DNA of 64,000 bases from Microbotryum violaceum. Taxonomy: Eukaryota. Location of the stretch: assembly GCA_001244265.2 (NCBI GenBank), contig CDLV01000005.1, positions 2,294,001 through 2,358,000 of the forward strand, in the 5' to 3' direction. Shown here piece after piece: positions 52,721 through 64,000 of this stretch; within the stretch, counting starts at the first letter, position 1, and every line of letters starts with the position of its first letter. The position numbers and the translations under genes were made by a program. The notes beneath the pieces are model-generated. The model saw nothing but the letters and a program-made list of their open reading frames with translations, was not told the origin of the DNA and searched no databases.

Positions 52721-52821
52721 CGCTTCGTCATCTTCTCCGCGCGCTTGCCTTCACATGCCCGCCTCTGTTGGAGCACCACTTTCTCAACCTCCCTTCCTTT
52801 CTTAGAACGATCACCATCAAC

Positions 52822-54409
52822 ATGCCTCACGCCGTCGATACACCTCCTACATCGTTCGACAGTCTCAAGCTCGGAAATGGGTCGAAAATTTCCTACCCTG
52901 ATTACACCACTGCTTCCCGACCTGTCTCACTCGAGGACTTCCTCAGGCGAGCCGAGGAGGTTTCGGACCTCCTCGGTTTGGATGTTGCCCAGGTGCGTAA
53001 TATAGCTCGTTGGACCTTTTGTTCATATAAGTTGATGAACACCACATTTCCACTCTCTTCTGCAGCGTGACAATCGAAACGAGGTTCCCTATGCGCAAAT
53101 TCAGCTCCTAAAGGACGCTGGCCTCGTCACGGCGCTAGGCCCGACTCGCTATGGTGGAGGTGGACTGCCGTTCGAGGCGAGCTACAAGATACAGCGCATC
53201 ATATCCAGGGGTGATTCTTCGGTTGGCATGATCCTAGCATACAGCTACCTTTGGTCGTGGACCGCCCAGGTCGTTGGTACCCAAGAACAAGCCGATGCGC
53301 TGGCCAAGCGGGTCACCGAGGGTCGCTTCATTTTGGGAGGCGCTGTCAATCCTCGGTAAGTACACCGTCTCACTCCTGATTCATGTGAAATACTTCCCTT
53401 ATATCTGAATGGCTGTGTATTCAACTTATGCAGAGACTCCGATCTCACTGTCACCGAGAGCGAAGACGGCAAGAGCATTGTTTTTAACGGCAGGAAGGCC
53501 TTTTCGACCGGATCAAAAGTGTCGGATCTCACCGTTCTTGAGGGCGTAACCAAAGGCACTGAAACGCACGTCTTTGCCATCGCCGAGTCCAAACAACCCG
53601 GTATCAAGTTCGGTGATGACTGGGTTGACGTCCTCGGAATGAGGGTACGTCTGCACTCGTTCTTCCTTCCCAGCCTCGGAACAATTGCGGATGACTGAGC
53701 GAGCCAACCCTCCCGCAATTCAGGGATCCCAATCCGGCTAAGTTACGATCTCGGATGTTCGATTGCCTTGGTCCGAGGCACTCGGCTTCGTCGAGAAGAT
53801 CTTCGTGCCGCTCGGGGCGTGGAACACCCGTGAGTTCTAGGCAAGATCAGCCGAGAGCTATCATATTACTGAGTTCGCAGTACCCTTGCAGTTCTTTTGC
53901 CCGCGATTCAGCTTCAATTCACCAACTTCTACACCGGCACGGCCCAAGGTGCGTTGAAAAAGGGCGCCTTGTTCACGGCAAAGAACACGCGCGGCTGGCC
54001 GTTCGCCGCCGATCCCAAGCAGACCGGTAGCGAAGAGTTCTACATTCAAGCGCTTTATGGCGAGTGGCAAGCGAAGTTGTGGGCCCTCGAGGCCCAAGTT
54101 GACCAAGCGGGTGAGATCATCGGCCAATTGCTCACTCGCGAGAGCCGTCAAATCACGGAGGACGAAAGGGGCTACGCCGCCGTGCGCATCGCCGCGGCCA
54201 AGGTTACCTCGACAGAGTTTGCGCTCGAGGTGACGAGCAAGATCTACGAAGCGCTTGGCTCTCGCAGCATCGCACTCCGAGCTGGGTTCGCGCACTTCTT
54301 CAACAATGTACGCACCCATACCTTGCACGACCCCGTCGCCCATAAGAAGGCCGAGGTGGGGCGCTATGTGTTGACCGGAGAGTACGCGACCCCCACTTGG
54401 TACACGTGA
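52822..54409 (+). pseudogene. MsuC/DszC/SfnB-type acyl-CoA-dehydrogenase-fold flavin monooxygenase with an in-frame stop (pseudogene or sequencing error)
   Basis: Five exons: QLLKDAGLV..YGGGG, GDSSVG, GGAVNPR|DSDL, FNGRKAFSTGSKVSD, LGMR|GSQSG*VTISDVRLPWSEALG and NVRTHTLHDPVAHK..TPTWYT. TAA at 53739-53741. Confidence 0.8.
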
Positions 54410-54688
54410 GCTCCCGAGTTGGTGCGGCAGAACAATTGCTGAATTGACTGGGACGGGGAGTTTGGTCATTGTAATTTTTACTTTGGGGCATGTGTTTTGA
54501 ATGACTTGTGTACGTTACTACCTTGCTTCTGGTACGTGAAATCCATGCGTTCTCCGGGCTGCTCCGGGCCGGGCCCGGCGCGGTACACTTTGTGGAGGCT
54601 CCTCACGGCCTCACGCGCCGCCGCCGGCTTCGCAGCGCTCGCTCTCCTGGCTTCTGCGTCGACCTACGATTCATTCACCACCATTTCG

Positions 54689-56335
54689 ATGCCGCCCAAA
54701 GGACTCAAAGCTGCTGGAAAGATCAAGAGGACAGCCACCGCGGCGTTCGACCCGTCTTCAGTTGGTATTGGCAGTTCGTCGACCGCGCCGGTTGCAGGAT
54801 CGGCTTCAGGCTCCGGAGACGTCTCGACCTCGACGCAGGACGGCGATGTCCGAACCATGCCCTTGGACGGCGATCGACTTTCTGTATCCGACCTTTTTGA
54901 ATTGAGATCGTCGGCGGTCGCACTTCTGTCGTCAGGCGACGAGGACAAGATGGAAGAGGCGAGGGGTCTGCTGCGAGGGATCCTCCACGGCGTACAAGAC
55001 CTGCTACCGCTGGTGCCGAAGCATCACTCGTCTCAGGCTCAAGAAGGACAGGTTGAAGGCATCGGGAAGGGAAAAGCCTCAAACGAAGACCAAGCTGGCG
55101 AGGAGGACAGCGAGAAGGTCGAATTAACGAACGATCAACTGCGAGCACTCGGTCTAGTCGACAAGGAGCAGCAAACGATCGCGCTCGAAGCCGAGCCGCA
55201 ACTCTACTATCTCCAAGCCTGGGCGCTACATCACTATGCGCTCGTTCTACCAGCCGGAAAAACATTCGCTCAAGCAAAACTCCTCTCCGAAGAGACGGGG
55301 AAGCGGCGAAAACTCGACCCGAGCGAGTCGAGGGATCCCGGCGAATGGCTTGCCCTGGCCAGCCAGAAGTACGAAGAGGCATTAAGGTGGCATGCCGACT
55401 CGGGCAACGACTTCGACCTCTCCCACCTTCTCGTCCTCGCCGATGGCAACCGCTGTAGTGCCGATCGAACGGCGTTCCTCATGAGTAAGCAGGAGGAGGA
55501 GGCAGCGCGCCAGTTGATGGAATCGGGCGTGGGGGACTTGCTACCTTTGATAACTCGCATCAAATTCGACGGCCAGCATACTCAAGAAATCGAAATGTTC
55601 TTTGAGGAGCGTGGTGATCTCATAGCCGTCATTCTGCGCTCCATTGCCTCTGTCATTGCCAGTCAGGAAGAAGTGGCATCACTGGCACAGCTCGCGCATT
55701 CGGAAAAGGTCTGCTCGGCGCTTGACACCGCCCTCGAGCCTATCAACAACGGCAATGGGTCATGGATCACGGCCGAGACGGCGCTGCAGTGGAGGTTCGA
55801 TCTTGCGATCATTCGTGGTGACATCGCCCTGGCCCAATTCGGTGTCGAGATCGAGATCGTGGAGGACAAGTATCGTCCCGACGCGACGGAAGACGATGAA
55901 GGGGACGTGGAGCCTCTGCCAGTCGACGCGAAAGAAGTGAATGAAGCCCAAAGACGAGGCGAGGAAGGTGCGTCCAGCTTTTAAGTATGAAGTATGCGTC
56001 CAGACCGTCCTGTCCGACGCACTGACTTTGCTCCGACGAACCCCGGTGCAGCCATTGCCAAACTCCGAGGCACGATCGAGTTGTACTCCGGTCTTCCGGC
56101 GAAAAAGCAAATCGCTACCGTCAAGACGGAACAGTACCGCAAAGTCAGTCCGGCCCTAATACCTCCCTATCCATTCGCTTCGACTGACACTGCGACTTTG
56201 ACCTTTGGGTAGCTCGAGGAAGCGCACCTCATGTACTCTGCACTCTTCAATCCGGACGATGAAAAGAAGGCTCAAGAGATCGAGGCCGAGCTCAGCAAGA
56301 TCAGGGCAGAGGGTGGCCTCGATCAAACATCATAG
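54689..56335 (+). CDS. Probable ETT1/Nro1-like helical-repeat protein
   Basis: Three exons. The basic N terminus MPPKGLKAAGKIKR, LRGILHGVQDLL and C-terminal LEEAHLMYSALFNPDD loosely resemble Ett1/Nro1 motifs. The coding region is clear but the identity is tentative. Confidence 0.5.
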
Positions 56336-56487
56336 AAGTCGGGTGCAGTTCTGCAATACATGCAATATAAGCCTAGTCCGACAAGTACAAAAGAGAACAG
56401 AACACCTATAGAATCCGGGTGTATGTCTTTCGGAAGTATAGGATTGTCCGCCAATATGCATTGATTGCGAATAAGATGATATCGTTC

Positions 56488-59053
56488 TCACCAAACGTAA
56501 CGAAAGGCGGCGTTCCGCTTGTCCGTCGAATCGCTGAAAGCCAAGTCCTGGGCTTGCTTTTCGACACTCCGGTCTCGTCGTCGGTTCTCGTGGATGCAGA
56601 GGGCACTGCATGATTTGCAATGCGGAAGACTTTGTTCAGGTTCGTCGTCGGGTGCCAAAAAGCAATAAACGCGCGCTGCAGCCAACGAAGCCCGACTGAC
56701 CCGTAGACAACACAAAGCCCGATGCCAGCGCATTGCAGAATCATGGTCACTTTGAACGCAAATGGGTACCGCGGTTGCTCCGATTTCTTGAACAAGAAAG
56801 CTGTGTAAGAAAGGACCGGGCGTGAGCCTCGTCTCTGACGATGATGATCGGGTTCCTGGAATGCACTCACGAGTCGCGATGTTGGCGCCAGCGATCGAGA
56901 TGAAAACTAAACCGGAGACGGCGATCTTCTTTGTCGCACCAGCGGTATTTGATACTAGTTTGAAACAATGTAGAGCCACTTCAGCAACGTGACATTGATT
57001 CAAAAGACCCACGCAAGTTGAGGACACGTACAAGCCAGGCCCGTCAGCCCGCCGAGGGCGCCGGACGACGCAACAATGAGGTACACTCCAGCCAGCAACC
57101 CCTCTTTCTTCGCCAGAGTCAGACGCCACTGCAAGGCGGTCCCCGTCGCGCTCAATATTGAGAGGGAAATAATCACTGCAATGCGCGTGTTCTTGTATTT
57201 GAGCGCGATATACCTGAGGATGTGAAGGCGAGAAGTTCAGGTCAACAGAGCTGGAAGGATCGAATGACTAAACCAATCGCACTGACCCTCCTATGATGTT
57301 TGAAAATCCAGCGACCAACCCCGTCGGCATCAGCAATAGCAGCGTGCGCAGAGCATCAGCGCCGTAACCCTTCGAAATGACGAGAGGTGAGAATGCGCCG
57401 ATGACGCCGGCCGATGCGCAGGTACAAAAGGTCGCAAGCATGAGAACAACGACCTTGATGTCGCAGACGGCCTCGAGTAGATGCGATCCTTTCAACCGCT
57501 TCGAGTTCAGCCCGGCTTGATTGTCTCGCAAGCCTATGACGAATGGACACAAGAAGAGCGTCAGCAAGCTGATCAAGGCCATCGACTCGGAGGCAGCACG
57601 AGCTCGGACCCACGCTCAACGGCGACATATCGCTGACGAGAAGTCAGCCACTTGGCGGAAACGGGCGAGTCGGGTAGGAATACGTAGAGGAAGCATGCGA
57701 AGATAATCGTCAACACGCCAATGAAGTAGTAGATCGACTTCCAGGCATGCGCCCGAGATCCGATATGCACGATCCCATAGACCATGGCCAGCAACGGTCT
57801 GCGACAACAAACAGGGGCTCGTCAACTTTCATGTCTCGAGTAGAGCGCTGCCCTCTAAATACTTACACACCGAAGAATCCGTTCGCAGAATATAAGATTG
57901 GCGCGCGAAGAGCTTGTTCGCGCTTGCGGTACCACATGCCTGACAACAGAAAGCACCACCGGGTCCCGCTCGATCAGTCCACCTCGGCTGCGGACAAGCT
58001 CCTGTGCGCTCGTGCACGACTTACCAAGGATCGTCAGAAATGCCGGAGATACCCCACCTTCTAATATTCCGAGTACGAATCGCTGTTGGCATGAACAATT
58101 CAGAAAGTGTCCCCGCAAGAGCCTTGCAGAAGAGGAAGCCTGTGCGCCTCACCTGCCCCATGATACCCTCAAACCCGGTGCAGGTGGGTGTGAGAAGGGT
58201 CACGATGCCCCAGAGTAGCACATAAAGCGAACAGATCTTGCCCGTCGGAAAGCGTTGTGCTATTGGCGAAAGTATAGGCGTGCCAACGACGTAGCTGTGC
58301 GTAGGCGACGGAGGAACGGGGAATGCAAATTCGCGCAAAGATCAGTTCGGCACTTCTGATGTAAGACGCGCCGGAATCAAACATGGAAGCTTGCAGACAG
58401 GCGTCCCTCCGGCACTGAGACATACCCAACATAGTATATTATCGAAACCAAGGTGTATTTCTATCGCCGGGGACGCGGCTCGTGAGCATCAGTGCGTGGT
58501 GGACAGTGCGAGCTACTTGGAAGCCTCACGTGAGTGTCGAAAGTTCCACCCGTCTGTGCAACGAAAAGCTTAAGGTCGCGGATCAATCCAAAGAGAGCAC
58601 CAACAGACAACCTGGCATTATTTTTTTGGAACTCAAAGTATGATCAGCAAACAAGGTGGGAGTCGCCAAACGACGCGTCAGCACGTGAGCCGACGGCCTT
58701 GAAGAGTTCAAGTGTTGCCTCGAGCACACTTCCCGTGCCGAGTCGATGCCCTGGGCGTCCGCGTTGCAGAGTCCCCAACTCACGCAGCTTTGTCGGCGTA
58801 TTGCATAGCCGCCCCAAAAAATATCAGCGGCAGGATTCTCCAATCGATCAACTTGATCAATTCACGTTCCTCCTCTGGTGATGGGGGGTTGGGAGTCCCA
58901 TTCAAGCGCTTGTAGCACCCGGATAGCCTCGTCGTCATATCCGCGCTGGCGATGGGAAGCGAGGCCGGACACCGCGTAGTCGACCGACTGGAGAGGGTCT
59001 GCCACTTTCGTATCGTCCATGGACCCAGCATGGGAGTGCGGACCAGACCCCAT
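56488..59053 (-). CDS. MFS transporter, allantoate permease (DAL5/ACS) family; possible 5' frameshift
   Basis: EEERELIKLIDWRILPL..QYADKA, QRFPTGK, RFVLGILEG, MWYRKREQ, AWKSIY, FLPDSPVSAKWL, SNTAGATKK and ENRRRD..AFSDSTDKRNAAFRYVW. About 10 exons. Confidence 0.88.
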
Positions 59054-60330
59054 CACTATCCCGTGATCAGCGCAGGAGAACAAGAGAGAGGCGGGCCTCC
59101 CTCGAAACGAGGAGCTCGATCGCGACTTGGCTGCGGTCTGGTCCAGGCACAGGCTGGCAAGTGCTCACATGGCCAATCCGACCGATCAGGCCATTGGTCG
59201 AATCTCGGAGACGACGCCGAAAAATCGCTTCGCCGGTCCGTTCATTTAAACGTTTTCAATCAAATCAAGTCACTCCGGAGAGGGAGGGAGGAGAAGGATC
59301 AAATTCGAGATCAGGATAATCGCTCAGGCTACAGCGATCTGGTCAGAGTTCAGGAGCAAGCCGCGAGAATTATACCCGCGTCCGACTTATGTTTTGGGTT
59401 CTGGCATCACCGGCACTCAGGCACCAACACACGTTTTCGTGATCCCGAATTGGCACCGATCAGCAAGTATACAGGAAAGTTGGTGCCGCGGCAAGCTACC
59501 CACCCACTTTGACTGCAGGCAGGTCGACGACAGGCCTGGCCTAATCGTCCGAGCTGTCCAGATTCCAGACCACAACTCCGTCAGAGTTGCCTGTCGAGTC
59601 CCGGGATTGGGAGGAAACTCCTGACTTTGGGACCTGATTTATACTAGCAGCTGTCGATCGTTCTCAACTATACAGCATAAACATATGTGTGTCCGAGCCT
59701 CGTATCACAAATAGGTAGGTAATCGCTTAACGCCACCGGTACCGCTGGCAGGGAAGTCTCAGACTCAGCACCATTCCGAAGCGCCAAAGTCGGCAAGCGC
59801 CTGACGTCAAAGGTCTGCCCACCCGAATTGGTACTTAGGGCAGGACGAGTGTGGACAACCTCAGGATCAACATCATCTCTGGCGAGAACACTATAGGCCT
59901 AATTATGTATATCTAGCTAGTTTATTACCATGAATTAGCGGCTTCGGTCAAGTAGAACTACACCCAACTTGTCCGGTGACTTGTGTCGATGTTCTGATCT
60001 GCGGGCAGTTGATAACGTGGAAATGCGCAACTTTCTGGAATAAGAGATATTGAGGCCTGGAATAAGAGATGTCGAGGGAGTGAATCCGGTTATATGATAG
60101 TGAAGAAGTAAATTTCAAGCATAAAGAGTACACAACGGAGTGGACCAGAACGTAGCCGGGTGGGTATCGAGATCGGGCAGCAGGGAGTCGGACCGCAGAA
60201 GCTTGATCAGATAAAACCAAGGATGAACAAAAATCCAACAAGAGATGCGGAAAACGGAAGAGACGAAACAAAACGAGAAAGTAGTGTGTACATATGGGGG
60301 CATTATGGATCCTGGAAACCCCGTCAGCGA

Positions 60331-62645
60331 TCAGAAGAGCGTCTGCAAGGTCTCGTCGTCGTCATCGATGTGGGCATGGGTCACAAGGTCGACCACTTCG
60401 TCGCGCTTGGCCTTAAACGTGAATCCGACGAAGACACCCCGGCCGAACTTCTCCTCCTTCTCTCGCATTCGGTCGACGTTACGTTGCTTCTCACGAACGT
60501 CGGCATACTTGGCCATGTCGGCCTCGTTGGAGAACTAAGACGGTCAATTTGGGTCAACGACGTTGGTAACCGGACTCTTCAGAGAAGTGTGATACTCACG
60601 TCATCAAAGTAGCCCGCATCGACCTCCGAGTCCAAAGCTGGGACGAAAGGCGCCTTCTTGTCCCTTAGTCGGACCCATTCGAGGCCGTGGAAGAAGGGGT
60701 GACGCTGGACCTCGTCCAAGGTAGATAGCCGACGGTCCTTGTGCGCGATGAGCGCTGTGATGGCGGACCATCCTACATCCGACAGGTTGAAGATGCGATC
60801 CTCTGGCCGGTCGTAGTGAGGTCGCCTCAAGCATCGACTCCAATTCTTGAGGTTTGCCCACGTCTCCTCCGCGGTCGCTCCGGAGAAGGGTGGGAAGCCA
60901 GCGAGGAATTCAAAGAGGATGCACCCGAGCGACCAGTAATCGACCGAGAACGAGTACGAGTGACCTCGGAGGGTCTCGATCGCCATGTAGTCGGGCGAAC
61001 CGACAACGGAGTCGGCGTAGCGGGGTTCGGCCATGCGGATCGACTTGTAGATCGACTTCATCTCGAACGTCGTGCGGTAGATAAGCTCGGTGTCCTTGAC
61101 CTCGTCGAGCTTATGCTTCATATTCTCGATCTTGCCTGGGTTCAAGGCGCCCGCGGCGAGGCCGAAGTCGGTCAACTTGATATGACCGCTGGGGTCAATC
61201 AAGAAGTTCTAAAGAAACAGAGGGACCCCGTCAATGGCTGTGACTGAGGGCACGAAATATTGAAGTGTCCTCTGCTCACCTCGGGCTTGAGATCTCGGTG
61301 GATGTAACCCAATCTGTGCAACTGATCGACGGCACAGAACATCTCGGCGATGTAAAATCGAGCATGTTCTTCCTTGAGCACGCCCGAGTTATTGAGCAGT
61401 GTCCGGAAGTCTCCGCCGGCGATAAAGTCCATCGCGAGGTAGACAAACGTCGGATCTTGGAAAGCATACAATAGCCGCACGAGCCAAGGCGAGTTCGTCG
61501 AAGCGAGAATGTCCCGTTCAGTGAGGACGTGTCGAATCTCGTCCATCTTGAGCAATGTCTTCTTGCGCATCTTCTTGAGCGCGACGACCTGATTGGTTTC
61601 CTTGTGCCTCGCAAGGTAGACCTCGCCGTAGCCACCTTGGCCTACTTGGGTGACAATGTGAAACTGGTCGAGCTTGAGCTTAGTCCGTCGCTTGCGCAAC
61701 AAGACACGCTCCCGACCACTGTACGACGTCCACTCGGCTTGCTCCTGGGCCGGGGAAAGCTGGCGCTGAGCGACCGAGTCTCTGAAAGCGGCGAGTCGTT
61801 GTTTGCGAGCATGGAGGTAGGTCAACAGGTCAAAGTAGTGGTCGTAGAAAACTGTTGTAAGAAGGGACGGAATGTTAGGGGTGAGTCTCGTTTGAAAGGT
61901 GCAATGCCATGCAATCCGACTGCTCGCGCTTACACAGCTGAGCCACGTCAGCTTTTCGCTTGACCTCTGTGCTTTGCAACCTCGCTTTCTCCCACTCTTT
62001 GAAACCCTGCCCTTTCCTCCAGCTGACTACTCCTGTTGCACTGGACATGGTTGAGTCGCGGTCATAGGCTCTCGACGGGTAGTGGGCCATGCCCGTCGGC
62101 TGCTCGTGGAGAAGTTGAGTCATGGTCGGCTCGGTCGAGTGACCGGCGCCAGCGGGGCGATGGTAGCGATTCGGATTCTCGAATCCAGGTGTAGAGCCGA
62201 GGACGGGAGAGCGGGTGTAGAGGCCAGGGGAAGGTAACGGCGAGAGCGCGCCGCCCGAGGACGACGACGCGGACGAGTGACTGGATTTCGCCTCGAGCCC
62301 CTTGGTGGGCGAGGTCGAGACGGACAGCTGCGACGAGATGTAGGACGGCGTCGGGCTGTTGGGGTGACGATAAATCTGTGGTTGCACGATCACGTTCGCC
62401 GTGGCGATATTGTGGGTGACGGTGTTCATCATGGTCGTGCTGATGTTGAGCTTGGTAGGCGCGGCAATCGAATGCCGGTGCGAGTTCTCCTTCAACCGCG
62501 GCGAAGATGTCGCCGAGGACGAGGTCGAGCGCGCGGTCGGCTTGACGGGCGAGCGATGCTGCGCTGCCGAGGACGTGGGCTTGTGCTCGACAAGGTGCGT
62601 TCCGTTGGGAGTGAGCACACGTTGTTGCGATCCAAAGTGGGACAT
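60331..62645 (-). CDS. DBF2: NDR-family Ser/Thr kinase Dbf2/Sid2
   Basis: VKRKADVAQL, RERVLLRKRRTKL, QVGQGGYGEV, VALKKM, IHRDLKPE|NFL, DFGLA, SVVGSPDYMA, YFDD|FSNEADM and the hydrophobic motif FVGFTFK. Confidence 0.95.
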
Positions 62646-63545
62646 GGCGGGACTGATGGCGATTGTCGTAGCCGTCGCTCCCTTTGAGGGTGCGAGCTGG
62701 CGTGAGGGGCGCGAGGGCGAGGTTAGTTAGATGAGCCGAGAAAGTTAGATGAAGGGGCCTGCGCGCCACTGGAGGTGTACGTTGACGACGTGTCCGCGAG
62801 GGGTTTATGCACAAGGCTACGAGCAGCTCCGGTGCTGGGTAAGAACGAGGCGTTTTTATACTCGAGTAGAGGCCGTATAAACCAAGGGTAGAAGGCTGAG
62901 AGAAGCTGGAGTAGATGGAGTAGTGCGGGCAACGGGGCGGAGGTCGAAGGCGATGCGCGCAAACGCTCGGCACCGACAAGACGTCCAGGCCGCCGGCGCT
63001 TTCATTCAACAAAAGCGCGCATACAGTCAGCTGATCTGGATCTTGCTTGGATCTCGAATATTCATTCGATCCCATCGCCGAGCATCCTCGCAAGCCTATT
63101 CGTATCCTTTCCTGAAACGGACGAGAAGCTGCCAAAGCTCCCTTTATTGAAGCTCCCATTGTGTTTACCGGCACCATGGACGTGCCGGCTTGGAATTGAT
63201 TACTCGCCCCTGCGGCCGCGAAACCAGATGGTGGATTCCCACGTTCGCGCGCTCACGCTGCCGGACTCTGCCAGACTCTGTCGGACGCTGCCTCACGGTG
63301 GAAGCAAAACGCCCCCTGTTCCCCCGCGTTGTGTCTCGCCGTATTGACGCGCAAGGCACTCTTCCTCCTGTCTCCCGTCTTCCGTTCCTTCCCCCACCCC
63401 ACGACTTGTGTGAACGCGTGTCCCCACCAATCCTCGATCCAACATGCCCCCATCTGCCTCAAGAGTTCCCCTCACTCACAGCCCGCGCTCGCCCGCGCTC
63501 GCGACGCCGCGCTCCCGTCGCGCAACACTCAACGCCTCGACCAAT

Positions 63546-64000
63546 ATGTACCAACAACCTTCGACGCCGTCGCGAGCAATGGCTGTCGCGTTCCAATCAT
63601 TGCCGAACCTGTGTCCTCGGCCGTACAAGGAAATTCACTACACCGACGACGACGATGACACGTTCGTGTCGCAGCTCGAGCGCGACGCGTTGGAGATTGA
63701 ACAGGCGATCACTCGTCTCGGCCAGGCCATCTCGGAAAGGAAACGCGACTTGGCTGCGACGGTGGCCGAATTGGACGACCAGAAACGATCGTCTGCGGCA
63801 GAAATCAGAGCCTTGATCGAACGCGCCAAGGAGGTCAAGCTCGACCTGAGCAAGGAGGTCGAGGATCAGCGCGAAGCAAGGCTAAAGACGAGCGAAGTCA
63901 CGCAACAGGAGCGTCACCTCGCTGGTCAGATCGACTCTTTGCACAACGAGGTGGAGGAAGAACGCAGAAAACTGCGGGCCAAGCGAGAATGTAAGTGTGT
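63546..64000 (+). CDS. Partial coiled-coil protein (first exon; possibly kinetochore Spc25-like)
   Basis: An open frame from ATG 63546 is heptad-rich (LERDALEIEQAITRL..LHNEVEEERRKLRAKRE) and ends at a GTAAGT donor at ~63991. Confidence 0.55.
   Translation, partial: MYQQPSTPSRAMAVAFQSLPNLCPRPYKEIHYTDDDDDTFVSQLERDALEIEQAITRLGQAISERKRDLAATVAELDDQKRSSAAEIRALIERAKEVKLDLSKEVEDQREARLKTSEVTQQERHLAGQIDSLHNEVEEERRKLRAKRECKC

Noticed and set aside
53739-53741. Programmed recoding (Sec/Pyl, readthrough or A-to-I editing) of the monooxygenase stop
   Set aside because: TAA is not a Sec/Pyl codon and is the least leaky stop. Editing would give Trp at a position where a small residue is expected, and stop-correcting editing is known mainly from ascomycete sexual stages.
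54689-56335. ETT1-like gene as a member of the sulfur cluster
   Set aside because: It looks like a nuclear housekeeping protein with no catalytic or transport motif. Its position also weakens the case that the MFS permease belongs to the cluster.
62062-63177. 371-aa ORF overlapping the 5' end of DBF2 in another frame
   Set aside because: It has no recognisable features and a non-AUG start. It is probably a chance frame, although uORF function is not excluded.

Overview
This is eukaryotic fungal DNA: GC-rich, gene-dense, with many short GT-AG introns and CTRAC/CTGAY branch sites. It is most consistent with a basidiomycete yeast, possibly Microbotryomycetes (inference). I assembled about 26 intron-containing genes by hand. 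Most are housekeeping or regulatory: an R2R3 Myb factor, M50B peptidase, HAD-IIA hydrolase, GPALPP1/DUF3752, PSP1, HbrB/Bit61, TFB5, RGP1, an ABM protein, an ELL-like protein, PUB1/TIA-1, a GH5 glucanase, CPD1, BET4, a gelsolin-repeat protein, Dabb, a CCCH protein, LIP2, an ETT1-like protein and DBF2. The most notable region is 48.2-59.0 kb, which looks like an organosulfur-scavenging cluster. It holds an intronised homologue of bacterial dimethylsulfone monooxygenase SfnG, an MDR oxidoreductase, a divergent MsuC/DszC-type flavin monooxygenase with an in-frame TAA, and a nearby DAL5-family MFS permease with a possible N-terminal frameshift. Candidate bZIP/Cbf1-like motifs lie in the shared promoter. 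I found no rRNA, tRNA, CRISPR array or recognisable transposon. All family assignments come from motif recall, not database searches. Exon boundaries and some start codons are manual predictions.
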